A DNA stretch of 64,000 nt from Tubiluchus corallicola (lineage: Eukaryota > Animalia > Priapulida): contig JAQGDQ010000082.1 of NCBI GenBank assembly GCA_030141605.1, positions 434,001 through 498,000 on the forward strand. Direction: 5' to 3'. Shown here in pieces: positions 22,301-37,300 of the stretch. Under the pieces are notes generated by a model that saw nothing but the letters and a program-made list of their open reading frames with translations, had not been told where the DNA came from and ran no database searches. Made by a program: the position numbers and the translations under genes. The first letter of the stretch is position 1. Each line of letters begins with the position of its first letter.

Positions 22301-25300
22301 ACAACCTGGTAGCCGAAGCTTTGCTCATCACATTTGCGATGCCCGCTCGTACAAGTGAAAATTAATAGAAAGAGGATGATTTGAGAACCATTTTTCTGCA
22401 ACACGATAGCAGGCTTCCTTCAAAATGACACTAATGACATCAAAAATTAGCTGGCAACTTCCTCAAACACAAGTTAATTAATTTTGTGGTCAGACAATTT
22501 ACTTGTGTCTGCAGTGTGAGTTGACACAATGAAGTACTTTCCTAGCGGTGATTGCACAGCACGGAAAAATTTCCAAAGGTTCTTTTGCATGATTCACACA
22601 AGCAAAACAGCTGCCACTAAGCAATTTTATTTGCCAAGAGACACACAGAAAAGCAAATTGCTGCAATATAACAATTCTCTACAGAGACAAAATTGTAAAA
22701 ATAGAGAGAAAACATTCGCAAATCAAATTGCGTAACTCTCGTAGGCATCCATTTCCGAAATTCAACAACCAAGTATGGAGTTTAAGTGAGACAGCCTGAA
22801 GTACAGCTAATAAATGAGAATCGCACGCAAAGATTAGTGGATTTGTAGTTGTGATAAAGGCTTTCAAAACAAATAAGCCTACTCACTTATAAAACTTGTG
22901 TTTGAAAAACATGAATCAGCAGAAACAATTGTAAAAATCATTACATTCTCTGTTGTCAGTAGAACAGAAATGTAATTAAATAAGTTGCAACACAAACAGC
23001 AGAATCTAGAACATTAAACCAACAATTTTTACGTCTAACCTAATTAAATAACTTAGGATGCATTGGAAATCCTTAAAATGTGGACTCATCCTTCATAAAT
23101 AAGTCTTTTCGTCTGGAAAAGGAGTTTCAAGGGATCATTAATTCAAAGTCGGCAACCAATAACTGTCGTGCAAAACAAATAGCCGCATTCCAAAGTGGTT
23201 GTAATAATGATTAATAACTGGCAAATGAAATTTTGTGAACAAAAGAAGTATGAAACGAATGACAGCCAAAAGTGTGGAATGAAATGCATAGACATGAATA
23301 TGTGCGCAGTGATAGCAATTGTGCAATGAAGCCAAAACAATGCAGCTGCAATCCCAATATAACACAATTCAAACAATCAGGAAAACCCTTTTGAAATAGG
23401 AAATATGATAAGCTTGCTTAACTATATTTCGTAGCAAGATAGTATGAAAAATTCTCAACATAATCGATCAGTGTGCACAAGGAAGTACACAGAAATGAAA
23501 GACATGTTGTTCATGTTTCACTATTTTTATCTATTATTATCACTATTGCAGAATTTTGCCCATTGTTTAAAACATATAAAAATATATTAGGGTGTCTCGA
23601 AAGTCACCATACACTTTACGATTTTTATTTTTAAAAAACAAGCAAAATGTTTGAAGATAAGCAGACATGGGATAAATATTTTAATCACTAAATTTTTTGA
23701 GAATTCTTTTAGTTAACCTAGACGAAAATTTGAAAAGGATTAGTTCACCAGGAGACTTATACATGAGAGCCACATTCTTCAAAGCATGCCAGTTAATGAT
23801 TATCACATGCATTTCCAACATCAACATTTATTAAAAAATTTTCTACAAAACTTGAAGTTCATGAAGGGTCTTGCATACATATAATTTCAAAGGCACAGGG
23901 AACCAAATTTATCAAGTCACAGTGTTCCATTAAATAGGGTCACTCGACATAATAATGGCTACCCATTTAAAGTTTAACAACCAAAAGAATTCTCAATGCC
24001 AATTTCTGATTCGGTGAAGAGACTGGATGAAAATTTGAAATTTGGAACTGACTTCGATATGTAAAGTGGACTTTTGAGACACGTTATATGTGAAAAGTGA
24101 GGGATATAAACAGGTTTCCACTAAAATGCGAGCAAGTGAAACTGCCTGGCTACAGCTGGATGGCTAGAAATACATTCTGTACCATCTGCCATACTACAAA
24201 AGCATGTGGTACATGAGTAACAGCTGTAATAAAGAGCTACCCCAGCATGTTCAAACTGAAAATGATTTATTTGTTTACCTTGCTGTGGTGGCACTGCTTG
24301 AAAAAAGGCAGGGATCGGTGGTCGCCGTGCCGACGGGGAATGTACAACTGCAGAACAAACAAATGCATTATTCAGGTAAACCCTACAGCTCTTCGTCAGA
24401 TAAGTGAATTTACTAATTATTTCATCAATTAATTCACCTACGAACTACAGTGGCATAGCTAGAGCTTGTGGCACCTGGGACGGCACTTGACTTTTTCAGT
24501 GCACTAGATCAGAGTGACCCATAAGTGAATTCTGGAGGCATCTGCCCCCTTTACCCAATTAGTTACACCACTAATGAGCTATAAATAATAATTATGTGTG
24601 TCAATGGTTTTACACAATAGGTAAAGCAGGTAACTTCGTAGCTGCACTTCATGTCAGCTAGAAGAGAAACACGCAATGCAAAATCATTAACCACACTCAG
24701 ACAGCATACACTCTACATTATTTAAATACCAAACATACAGGGTGTTCCACAAGAAACAGCGCAGCAGAATGATAAATATGAAAAAACGTACCAACATGCC
24801 TGCATCAGACATAATAATATTAACAATACAAAAATACATCACAATAATGTAAAAATACTATTAACTATAATATAATAAAATACTATTATATCACACAGCT
24901 AGATATCATTATATTATATAATATTATATCATGTCATGTCATGTGCTGTCATATCATATCATATCATATACAATATTGTATTAACAAGACACCTAAACAT
25001 CATAATAATGTAAAAATACTATCACATTTTTTTAATATCATTATTCCAATTTTCCTCCCATATAACTTGTTATGGGGACACTTATAGGGATTTGTATGGT
25101 GTTGGTTTAAAGCATTTGTTAGTGTGCTGTTTCTTTTGGGACACCCTGTGTAAGACTAGTGGATAAAAAATGAACACAAACAAGGTACCGTAATTAAAGA
25201 CAAAACACATATTTAGTGTAATGGACAGGTGTTTTGTCTGCAGTATTGTTTTCTAATGACTTTCAAATTTAATCCTTTAAGTTAAAAATGTAAAAATAAC

Positions 25301-28300
25301 TGGATCAAATTTAAATAAACATAATGCTAACTTCACACTTACTATGCAGAGGCCGCCGTTGCTGCAACGGTGAACTGGAAGAGCCCAGAGAGCTATTACT
25401 GTGACTATCAAAACCAGATGTTACACTGCTCCGTGCGGAATCAGTGTCGAATGGATAAGCACCCGAATCTTGAGATGCAACTGAGCCTAAGAGTAAAGAA
25501 ATTCAATGAAGTTCTCAAAAACACAACAACACCTTCACTTAAAACATGTATAACAAATGGAGAATGAGGCAAAATTTTAACATGCCTGCCTTTCCAGAAA
25601 CACATCCAGACTCCCACAACTGAGCCATCCTAAATATTTAAAAATGGATACAGCTGGTACTTCCTTTGAATGCATGGATTTATCAAAGCATCATGCGAAC
25701 AGAGATAAACATTCGTGTGTTTAGTTTGTTACCTTAACTTACTGCTACAGACTTCATGGTCAAATATGGTATCTATTGACAACTTATTTTAAATGCAAGA
25801 TGCCGTTGACATTGACATGTTGGTGGCATCATTCTCATCACTATCATCATGTATAGATGCAGAGAAGAATTAATAACTTGTCTGTATTTCAATTTGTGCA
25901 TAAAATCACTTGTACAAAAGATTAGTGAGAATGAATCAATATTGCATAAAATCACAAGCATCATTAAATAAAACACATTATGAAGTTTTGGTTGGTCCTC
26001 AGCCTTTCACAAATAATCAAAAAATAAATGACGACTAAAATGCTACAACATTCTAAGTAGCAATATAAAATGGAACAATGTATGTCGCTGAACTATAATG
26101 CAAGGTGTTTTACATTTTGCCACGCAAAATTATGTAACATTTCAAACTGTCGTTCATGTTTTTTCTTGATCATGTGAAAAATCAGCAGCAGGCCGAAGAG
26201 TTCGTGTAAGTATAATAAATGTGATTCAGTAAAAATGCATTCTATAGAAAAGTGTTATTTATAAGTAATAAACACGGTACAAGACCTTTACATAACTAAG
26301 CAAACTAAGCCGTGTTACAATAGGATAGGGTATAATGACGTAATGTTGGCCTACCAGTTTTTACACATTAAAATTAGGTCATGTGACCTAGATTGGATTT
26401 TCATAGAATATATATATATATATATATAGTATTTATAAAATGCTAATACAAATACAAAGTAAAACATTGAAAAAATCTAAATGTAGTCGACATTACCCCA
26501 ATATACTCTATTACTATGAAATTCCACACTAAAAGGCCTGAGAATGCCATGCTTGCAAACAAAGTTTTGAAAAAAACCTGCATGTGTAAAATACTTTGCC
26601 AAAAAGACTTACTAGATGTGTGCGACTTCCTCAGAGGCATTGCTGATACGCTGGAACTTTCTGCAGAGAGATGCACTGACATCATTCCAGGCGTTTCACT
26701 GTGAGATCGCCCATGTAGGATCTGCTTGCGTAGTACTCCCGGGGAATCACCGGCAGGAAGAGAATGCTGAGTGTGTGGCAGTCGGTGTGGATGGTGAGGT
26801 CGACACTTCTCTTTTTCGGAGAGTGCTAAGAGTTTCTGAACTGCCTTTGGGGAACTAGCGCCTGTAAAGACAATCGTAAAAAAATTCATCTGAATCAAAC
26901 TACAACCATTTAATATAAATGTAACTGAGTAACTGGACTAGTGTCTCTAAACTTACCAAACTTTGGTCCGAGATTCTTCCTCTCTGAGGTCGTGCTGCCT
27001 GAACTTGAGGTGGAGGCAGTAGGACTAGGATGTCGCCGCCTGGTTTGCGCACTAGAGGAACCGGCAACGGCTGCTTCGCACTGCAGCGACATCTGTTGCA
27101 GTTTGTCCTCATCACTGATGACCTAGGAGGAAAAAACAATTAGTGAAAAACAAAGTCATTCTAAAGAAATTGCTAAAATTCAATTTTCACTTGTAACACT
27201 GCCATTTCATAAATGAATTAAATGAATTAATGCAGTGGTGATGGTTTTGCCAAATTTAGCACAGACACATTATTATGGCCAGACATTTTTCTTGTGTTTT
27301 CTCAGACACTGAAATTGAGGTTAAATGCACCAAATTGTAATTAATATTGAAACAAAGAGTTCAGCTGGTTCATTGGTAAAAGATTAAATGCAAGGAAAGA
27401 CAGGAGTAGAAAAAAAGATTCACATTTAGTGCAACATAAAGGTGATTTTGCAGGTAGCTACTGTGGATAAGTAAAGTGGCTCAATAAGCTTTGCCTACTA
27501 ATAACTGAAACATCTGGAGATGCAGTGAGTTCTGTGAACTAGTAAATAATGCAAATTTTCTAAGATTTTCACATACACATAACAATCCAAAAACAAAACA
27601 AGTTTTTTTATTTAAAACGTTGTAAAGGCTTGGAATACAATAGCACATCATTTAGGAAATTTTAGGTAACAGACAGGCAAAGGATTATTTTATTAACAAT
27701 TTTATTAACAATCAAAATTTTGTTAATTGCTCAGTTAAGGATTTACCTTGAGGTTAGTTAAGTACCACTTTACTCGCCGCACCATCAGCGCCTCCTCGTA
27801 CATTTTCTTTGGATTCGGTACAGCAGATGTGCGTCGCGTGCGTCCGCGTCTCAATGTTGCGACACTAGAGGAACCAGTCCAGGAGTTCATGACAGCTAAA
27901 GCAGTCATGTTTGGTGTTACACCACCATGTTCAAACATTGTGCAAAGATCCTATGCGAAAATAATAAACTGTCAAACAGGTAACTAAACAGAATATTGAT
28001 AATATGCACTAATGTAAGACGTTTTAAACCACTTCTACATTTTGAGCGATGAAAACTAAACCTTAAAAAACTTCTTTTATAAGTTTTGTTAAATAAAAGA
28101 CACTTTAAATGATCTCCACATTTTAAGCAGTAAAAAACTAAGCTTTAAAATTTAAAATATCTTTTATTAAACAAAATATGTATACAGCAATGGACATTTT
28201 TAGGTAATCTTAAAATTGGTAACAAAGTCAGACTAAATAAATATTGCAAACAAAAATGTTGCAGAATGGCATTTATAAAAAACTTTTGTATTTTGTAATG

Positions 28301-31300
28301 AATAGTGAATATTCCCTAAAACTTGTAATAGATTCCTGCACTTCTGTTTTTCCTTTTACCGTGTTAAACATTACTTACTTCAAATAATAAAACAATGTTC
28401 TTTTTTCATATAAAAACATGCAAAATGCGTTCCAGCTACTCTTTGCAGTTACTCTTATTATAGCAAAGTAAAAGAGTTAACAGAAAACTAAGAAGTAAGA
28501 CTCAGATGTAAGAGAATTTTTTAAGGAATTTGGACATGTCTGCAAACACTTGTGTTGATAGGGGAACTAGTTTGCAGTACTCTCTCTTTATTCTCAGTGA
28601 ATGGCACCACAATGTTCTGACCACAAATATAATATAGCAGTGTTTATTCTGTTTTTTCTGCCTATAATCGCCAACTGAATAAAAGTGTTAGCATACCTTC
28701 AGCAAAAAAAACACAAACGATTCTATGAATTTTCTCATACAATCCTATATGGTACCATAAAAGATGGTGTTTCGTAACTTCAAAGGTGTAATAATTTGCA
28801 ATAAGTTTAGTTTCATGAAAACTGCGGTATAATGCTAATACTGCTAAGTCATCTTTTACAAAATATTTGTAAACATGTCCATCACATAAATTAATATGCT
28901 GCAGACCAGCAAGCCATATAATAAACAAAGGCTTGATAATCGTAGAAAATCCTCAAGAACTGTGAAGTAAACACTGCTTAGGAACTGTAAGCGCAAACCA
29001 ACAACAGTTCAATAAACACTATATTCTGTAGGTCATTTTAAGAATTTGCAGCAAAAACCTGCTTATTGCTTTGTTTCTCTCTGACTCTCTCTCTCTCTCT
29101 CCCACTCAGTCCCGCTTGTAGATAAAAGGACAGGAAGAACAACACAGCACACCTCAGAAACAAACTTACTGGTCTCTTCTTAGCCTTAACGAAATGCCGA
29201 CCAAGGGTCATGGCTGTGTGACCCAGCGCAGAGGGGGCCGAAGTCTTTCGATCGAGAACCGGCACCTCCTCTTCCGGTTCTTCTGTGAACAACTGCTCGG
29301 GCGAGTACTGGAACAGTTTCAAACCACTGTAATGATTTCAACTCGAGAAGAGCAAATTTTGTTACGGTCAAAACCCCACGGCACTGCACACCAACCAGAG
29401 AAGCCACACAGCGAAGTAAGACGAGCAACAGAAGCAGCAGAACAAAGACTTAGCGGCTTAGCTTTGCAGGACAAACCCGCACCATGTCAATATGGCAAAG
29501 TTACAAATCAAACAGTTAAGTAAATGTTTAACTGCCATAATACGACAGTAAGAAAAATACAGCAGCAGAAAATCATTATCTTAATCTTAATTATCAAGTA
29601 CTGTCAAGGTATTAACCGTGAACTAACTGTTCGAAAAATAAAGACAAAGTATTGAATGTATGGATTAAGGTAGACTGACAAGCAAAAATGTTTAAAGAAA
29701 AACATAGTAATTAGATTTAGTCTTAAGAATTGCGTACATAGTTTTGTCACACAGGAAGGTTACACACAAAAAGCAAGATCGGATTAATACTCAAGTTCTA
29801 AACAGGCAGCAGCAAATTGGAAGCTTGGAAGACTAGCTCAACCACACTAGACATCACCCCATTAAGGTTGGTAAGGTTACACTGGTTAGACTACATAGCA
29901 AATTTTTTACGTACTGAAAACTTGTGAGCAGAAGACAACCAATTACGATTAACATAAGAATCTGTTTACGCGCAACATTTTCACTAAACATTCTTTGATT
30001 TATTAAAACAATTCTAGTTGCAGAACAAGTTTTCAAATTTGTACTTTCATTAAATTAAGTATGCCATTTTGCACAGAAAAATAATGAGCTTGATTAATTC
30101 ATCCATTTACCAATAGCAAAGCACCATCAGTTAAATTAATAGTTATTTTCCAGCAATATAATTATGTAAATTAAATTGAAGTACACGAAAGAGCCAGCTT
30201 CTAGGAACCAGCATGTTACTTACTGAGTGCAGATAATCATTTTTGTATAAATACTGTTTTCAATGCTAAAATAGTAGTGCCGACTGATTAATTCATTTTG
30301 GCTTAATCCTTAGCAATGAAGGTGGTATTCACATGGTAACTGTCATCTGTACTCAATAAATAACAAGTGAAAATGTTTGAAGATTCTAACATAAATAGAA
30401 TCTGTGTATGATAAAATTAATCATTAGAGATGTTCAGATTTAAATTTCTGTAGATTACAAATTTATGTACTAATCATAAAGGCAGAAATTTGATGGTCAA
30501 TACCTGCGGAATGCAATCGTTTCTTTTCATAAATAGAAAAATCATTGAAAACAAAGTGTGTGGTACACAGATTGTTAAAAAAGACTGTTGTACTCACGTA
30601 TGGTGCCGAGCACATGTTTATGATCTGACGAACTTCTTTGGCAATCATGCGCAGCTTTTCAAAATTCGTCAAACCTTCGACTCGATTATCATTTCCTAAA
30701 TGTATGAATGTCAGATCTTTCTTGACGATTGGAAAGAACGGAATCTGAAAAGTAAAAACGTACCAGTGAATCAATGCATTTAAAATGATTCACTATGACT
30801 GGCATCATGGTATCAAAGATAATCATTGTATCTAAAACAAAATGACCTAACATTTTGTAAATTTTAGTTAAATTGCTTCAACTACATAAAGAGGGAGTTG
30901 TAAATTTTTATCTCAGAAAAGGTTTAAAGATACTGAACACTAAGAATTATTGACCATTTAAGTGTCTTAGCAAAAAGGAAAAGATATTTGATTGCATAGT
31001 GCTTTTGAATACAATTCATTATACAAAACTATTAACAAATGCTAATTACTAACAACTATTACTAATGCATGTGTGATTGTAATGTTTTCTTCAAATAAAA
31101 TATTGTTTAAACTAATAGAAGGTCAATTTTCTCAAATCAAAAACAAAGTATTAAACTTACAATTGGAGGTTGTATGTGTTCGCTGTTAATAAGGTTACGA
31201 TATTTGCTCATGTTCCGCGAAGGATCCATCAAGTCCTGAAGGTCCTCAAACATTTTCTGGTATTTATTTGGCAGTTTCTCCCAAGTCATGCGTAGCCGGG

Positions 31301-34300
31301 AAACGCAATTATGGCCAAGACCGCTCACGATGGCAAACATGGAATTGAAATTCCGACTGTCCTTACAGTGCCCTGAAAATGTCAACGATGTTTAGTGAAG
31401 GCAATTGATAAGGGTAACGCAGCAAAGGTATTTATAAACAGTAACAAAATAACTATCAACAGAGAAAAGATATTCAAGAATGCTCTATATAGGGAGGATC
31501 GGTTAACTAACTTGGCAGGGAAAAAATTAAGTACAAACAAGCGGGGAAATGAAGTTCTGAATGACTAGACTGGCACTAAGTATCAGTGCTTGATGAAAAT
31601 TTATATCCTAGTTGTTACAAACTTGAAAATGTATTTGAATTGGTAAATTTATAAGATAAAGCTCATTTCACAAATTCGCTGTTTTTTTTTAGTTTCAAAT
31701 TATTTTGCCTAGTCTTACTGATTTATCTTCTTTCTAATACGTTATATCAAAACAGGCTTACTAGCATTTGTACAGATTTAAATTCACAAACACATAGGAC
31801 AATGAAATATAGAATACTGACTGAAGTGTAGAAATTTTCAAAATACACTGAGGATATTTACTGATTATTACAAAAAATTAGATAGTAATTTAGTGAACTT
31901 ACTTGCAATTTTTATAAAATGTTTTAAGATTTTCATCCGTCGCAGAATGTTCGGCTCAGAGCACACCTCTGTTACTACCCAGAATGTTTCTCGATTAACC
32001 GTCTGAAATAAAAAAAAAACACCTCTGTAAACTAACACAGTAATTTCAAATGTAAAGTGATTTATTCAAAACCAAAAGAGGCTAATCAAATTCAAGACCG
32101 AGAAGAAAAGGCAAAATTATACCTCAGAAAATTCAGACAGCTTCGGACACCCGTAAGCAGATTTCAATTTGTACACGTCGTCCACATATTCTGTGGGTTC
32201 AATTTGTCTAAATATGGAGAAATCCACAAGCGTAAGCTGCGCTGCCAATTCAACTGATTTCAATTGTAAGATGTGTTGCTGATTTTCCTGGAAATACCAC
32301 ACACTAACATCACCAAAAGTAACAGAATATAGTACTGTGGGGTTCATTTAGAGAAAACAAATTGCTCTTATTTATCCTACTGCTGATTTTGAGAAATGCA
32401 ATTTCAGATACAGAAACAAATCAATGTCCCATGGCTTGATAATATAATGTTTACAGAAAAAACTACTAGTTGATAACTGAACTGATCTATGTATCATTTT
32501 TTTTCTTACTGTATGTCTTACATGTGTCTATATTTTACTGTTCTTAAATACGTAAACAGCAGGATCATATTCACCTACGCAATAGACAATAAACATAATG
32601 TACCATGGATAGTTTCTAAAGGCAAATATTATAAGCTATCATAAATTTCAGATATAAATAGCTAGAAAGAAATATAATTTGAAACTTTTAAAGCAATACA
32701 AAGTGTTACTCAACAGCAAGGCACGTAAATATTATAATGAGAGAAAATAGGACAGATGTACGCACCTTTAACAATTCCCCGGCCATATCATCTGGCACCA
32801 GCTGTTCTGTGGACATGTTATTTTTTAGGTAGTACCGTCCAGAGAGAGATATTCTCTCTGCAAGGCCCGACAATTGGTCGGGAAGACGGCGCTGTTTTAT
32901 CATGTTGCCGTGCCCGACTGTCACTTCGCATAATGAGTAATTGCTACTGGAATCGGTTATACCAAACTCACGGAGGGCTAGCATGCATACTTCACGTGCT
33001 GTGGTTTCCTAAAAACACAGTTAAAAATGGTACATTCCCTGCCAAAATGTCGTCTGCTTGCTTAATGTTTGTACAAAAGGAAACTATTCTCGATTGCCAT
33101 CATGGTATCATTATATGAACTCTATTATTAAAGCAAACATGTACTAAGACGGATTGCATGTTGCACGTGCAGCAATTTATTTCTTTGCTAGCTGGCACAT
33201 AATCCAGACAAAAATACAAGCTGTAGCAATTTTAACGATGACAACATCAACATCTGACAGGAAATGAGCCATTTTAATGCATTAGTATAAGATGCATGCA
33301 CACCACAGTTAAGCTTTACTAAGAAGCAGTACCAGTATAATAGCAGTTAATTAACAAATTAAGAGCAAAATACAGAATTTTAATAAGCGAGACACAAATG
33401 TTGTTTGTTTTGAAGCAGCTTAAAATAACGTTAATCAATGGATAATATTATGTCTTTCTTCTGAGAAATTAACAACAGCGTCTTAAAATCTAATTCTATG
33501 AATCAACTCTGTGTAATTTTAGTAGGTTTTGTTATCAAGAAAACAACGAAATGTCAACTCACTTTATGCACAAGTAGGAACTTGTACGATTGATCGCTTT
33601 TATACACTTTCAGGACGTGCTCAGGATAATCTGCGCCAGCAGGATTACCCTCGTAATTGTCCATAGAGGTGAGGTCCGGGTTGGAATGACTAAGACTACC
33701 GGAAGTCAGGGGTGAAGCCCGACTATTCAGGTACAGACTATCATCAGAATTGTTCAGGGTACTGTCAGTGCTACAAAACAATAAAATTCATCTTTTAAAA
33801 AAAATTATTTCGAAATCCATGTTGAAAAGTTTTAAATGCACCAAACGTTATGCGACATGATACTTGAATTGCTAACATCGAAAATAATGTATTTCACTTG
33901 TTATAACCACCCCTGGCAGTTTCTCAAAGTATAGTATTCTCTGCAATTTGATGCATCAAGGAACTTCCAAATTTAAGATTTCAAAAAATACTGCATACAG
34001 CTACACCTGATATGCAGTAGAATACAAACTATTATTGCAGCTAGCTGCTGGCTTAAGAAAACATTCGGTTCCAGCAAAGATACTAATATTAAAGAATTGG
34101 TCCAAAGATGACTTGGATGCAAATCGACTATGTGCGTTCAAGAGGTGCATCCCTATTCGTGCACACGCTAAATATGGCGGTGCCCTTGCATGAATTTGTC
34201 ACAACAGATAATGGTTTAATGTTAATTTGCTTAAAAAAAGAAGGAAATTTGAGTTATGAGTGTTATACAATTAATTAACTAAGTTGTGGTCGGGGTCATA

Positions 34301-37300
34301 AATTCGAACAGTTGTAAGTTATATTGATGATTACCTGTATTTACTATTTATAATGAAACTTTTAAAACTTTAATGTATTCTTCGCAATGACACAAAATAA
34401 TAAGTTAAACAAAGAGGTAACTACCTAGTCATGCCAGTCTTATTGGGCAAGATGTTCATGCGCATGAGAGCTCGTCGAAACTTGTTACGGTGTCCAAGCG
34501 TCATGAAACCCTTCTTGCGTTCTTCTTCTTTCAGATCGCTACTGCTACTACTTGTGCTGCCACCTGCATAATCAAAATATGGCCAATTTTGCTAGATCTG
34601 ACAAAACATAAGCCTACTGTAATTTACAAAATTACAAACTTATTAATTTTTATTCATTTAAAAATAATTCATAAAAATATAATAGTTTCCAGCACAAAAA
34701 CTACCAGAAATATCTTCCTTACAGGAAAACCGGCTAAAAAGTGTCCTAACCTTTTTCTCGTCGCCCCACGAAACTGCCAGGTGGACTAGGCATCAAAGCT
34801 TCCAAATCTGGCGCTGACAGTCGGGTTCGTAACGCTTCAGCAGCTTTCTTGTTGTGCGAAACATCACTAGACTTTCGAGTCGCCCGTACGCTAGGCGCCT
34901 GCTCTTGTAATGATAGCATTTCTTTAAAACCTGGTAATACAAAATCTTGCTAAATACTCGTCGTTATTGTAAATGTTTACATAATTTGGAAACCAAAGGT
35001 AAACTGGCTTACCAAGCCATTCAAAAAAATCATTAAAATAAGAAAAGAGTGGGAAGCTTAGATGTACATAGCAAAAATTTTGGTGCCACAAAATAGTTTT
35101 TTACGAATACTGTTAAATAAAAGTAGTGAAGAGATTGCCACTGTATGCTCATAGAATTATGTAAATCCATGAATATGATTACTGAAGCTAAAGCAGACAT
35201 AAAACACAACTGTGCTGCTGAGAAAATCCTTCAAAGAACAAAAAAATCAAATCAAATTACTTTAAAAGATAAGTGGCCAAATTTTAGAAATACAGTATCA
35301 ACCAGAAACAGATGACTTGCATTTAAATACTTTTCCAAAAAGGAAACCTATGAAACATAAAAGTGCGTAGAATGCATGACAATGGTATACCTAATAAATT
35401 GCTTTTTACAGTAATTGCTAGGTGAGTTGTCCCGCGTAATACTTCGAGTGCTTTGCCATGGCCTATGTGTTCAAAACTCTGTCCATTCACTTCCAAGATT
35501 TGGTCACCTCGTTTCAACCCGACCTCCTCGGCTTTCGAACCTTTCTCTACCTTGGAAATGAAAATTCCACAACCCCGTTCCCAACCGCCAAGTACGGAAA
35601 AGTGAAGAATATCGTCTCTTGTGCTACGTGCTGAAACAACAAGCAAATATTATAAGATATAAATTTTGTACGTAAGATGTTTATGAGCATTTTCATACTA
35701 TAATCTCTGCAAAGCACATTATTTTTAAGTGATTACCATCTACAGCTAATTGTATATAAGAAAATGAAGGCAGAGAAGCGAAAACAGGAAACTGTATCAC
35801 AAGTATCATATCCTTCACTCGGTGAAAATTGTTATTAACAAAAGGCATTAACGAAACAATGATGAACTCTAATATGCAAGCATGACATCCTCAAGGAGTA
35901 CTTCATACAGGACTTTTTCTACATCATAATGAAATATTCATCACATTATACTTCAGTGTAGGTAGCACTGAGTGAAAGCTTATGAATGTACTTGGTTTAT
36001 ACCTAATGTTACTGTCCGTGACCGAGCTTTTGCAGCACAAGCTATATTGAGCAGTCTAAGCTGACCCTGCATCTTTTCTCGTTCCAGTAAGGATTCGAAT
36101 TTTTCCAAGAAATCGATCATGGAAGGGTCTGTCTCAAAATCATTGAAGTGATTGTTTACCCACAATAAAACCACCCTCGTCACCTAAAACAGTATAATAG
36201 TACCAGTTAAGTACAATAATATCGCTTGTAGTACAGTAACAGTTTAAAGTTTCATTAGACATGACAGGACATAAATAGTGTTATACCCCTATAAAACAAA
36301 TTACATTACCTAACAACTTTCAATTTTAACAGTAATCTTAATCCCTTAAAATCAAATATGTTGAAAATACCAGTAGACTAACATACAGTTTCATAATCTC
36401 ACAGTAAATATATTAACCACGCATCCTCACCTTGTCTCGTCGTTGTAGATCATTAAACCATGTCAGAAGCCGATTGGCTAGCTCCATCGGAGTTGGTAGG
36501 AATGTTCGGTACGTCAACAGAAAATCTTCTACATAACTAGGGTCGATTACTGAATGCTCTTCTACCAGCTGAAGCATAAGTCGGTGTGGTGTGCCCTGTA
36601 TTTAATAAATATAGCAACAGAGAATTTAAAAAATATAAAAAAACAAGGTCAACACATCAAAGCAAAACCTACAAAAACAATTATGCTAAACAGTCACGGA
36701 CTTGAAAAATCTTGGCAAGTATTAAAAATTAATACTCCACTTTTGGCTTTAGACAGTGAAATGCAGATAAGGACAGCAAAGAAATCAGCAGGTTCTATAA
36801 GTCTTCTAGAACAGCTTTACAAGAGCACCAATTTTTGCTGCAACTCACAGTACTTAACAAATATTTTGACACAGATTAGCAGTATTAACAGGTGAGGTAT
36901 GCTAACCTTAATCACAATGTGCCCTTTGCGATTTCCGCCATCAAGAACGCGATGTTCGGTTACCATAACAACCTGTCCGCCCTCTTCGATGCGGCGAGTG
37001 TTCTCCTCCCCCTGATGAAGGATGCGATAATAATCGTTCTGTGCAATGCACACGAACTGACAGTCATCCACCCTAGTCCTCATGATGCCTTCATGGAACT
37101 GTTTTTCCATCACAGGACTAATGCCAAAACTGAAAATACAACAGCCGCAATTTTAGTATAAGAGCATGAACTCTACATTAAAGCCGAATGTGAACAGAAT
37201 ATATATTACGAGCAGATCTAACAAACCACAGCGTACAACAACTAATACACTAAACTCACAAAAAGTCATTTCGTGGTAAAGAAAACATGAAGTTTAAAAG

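Noticed and set aside
22306-22345. Candidate 40-nt RAPGEF2 micro-exon ([13 protein letters not shown])
   Set aside because: Rare GAG acceptor, weak donor and frameshifting length.
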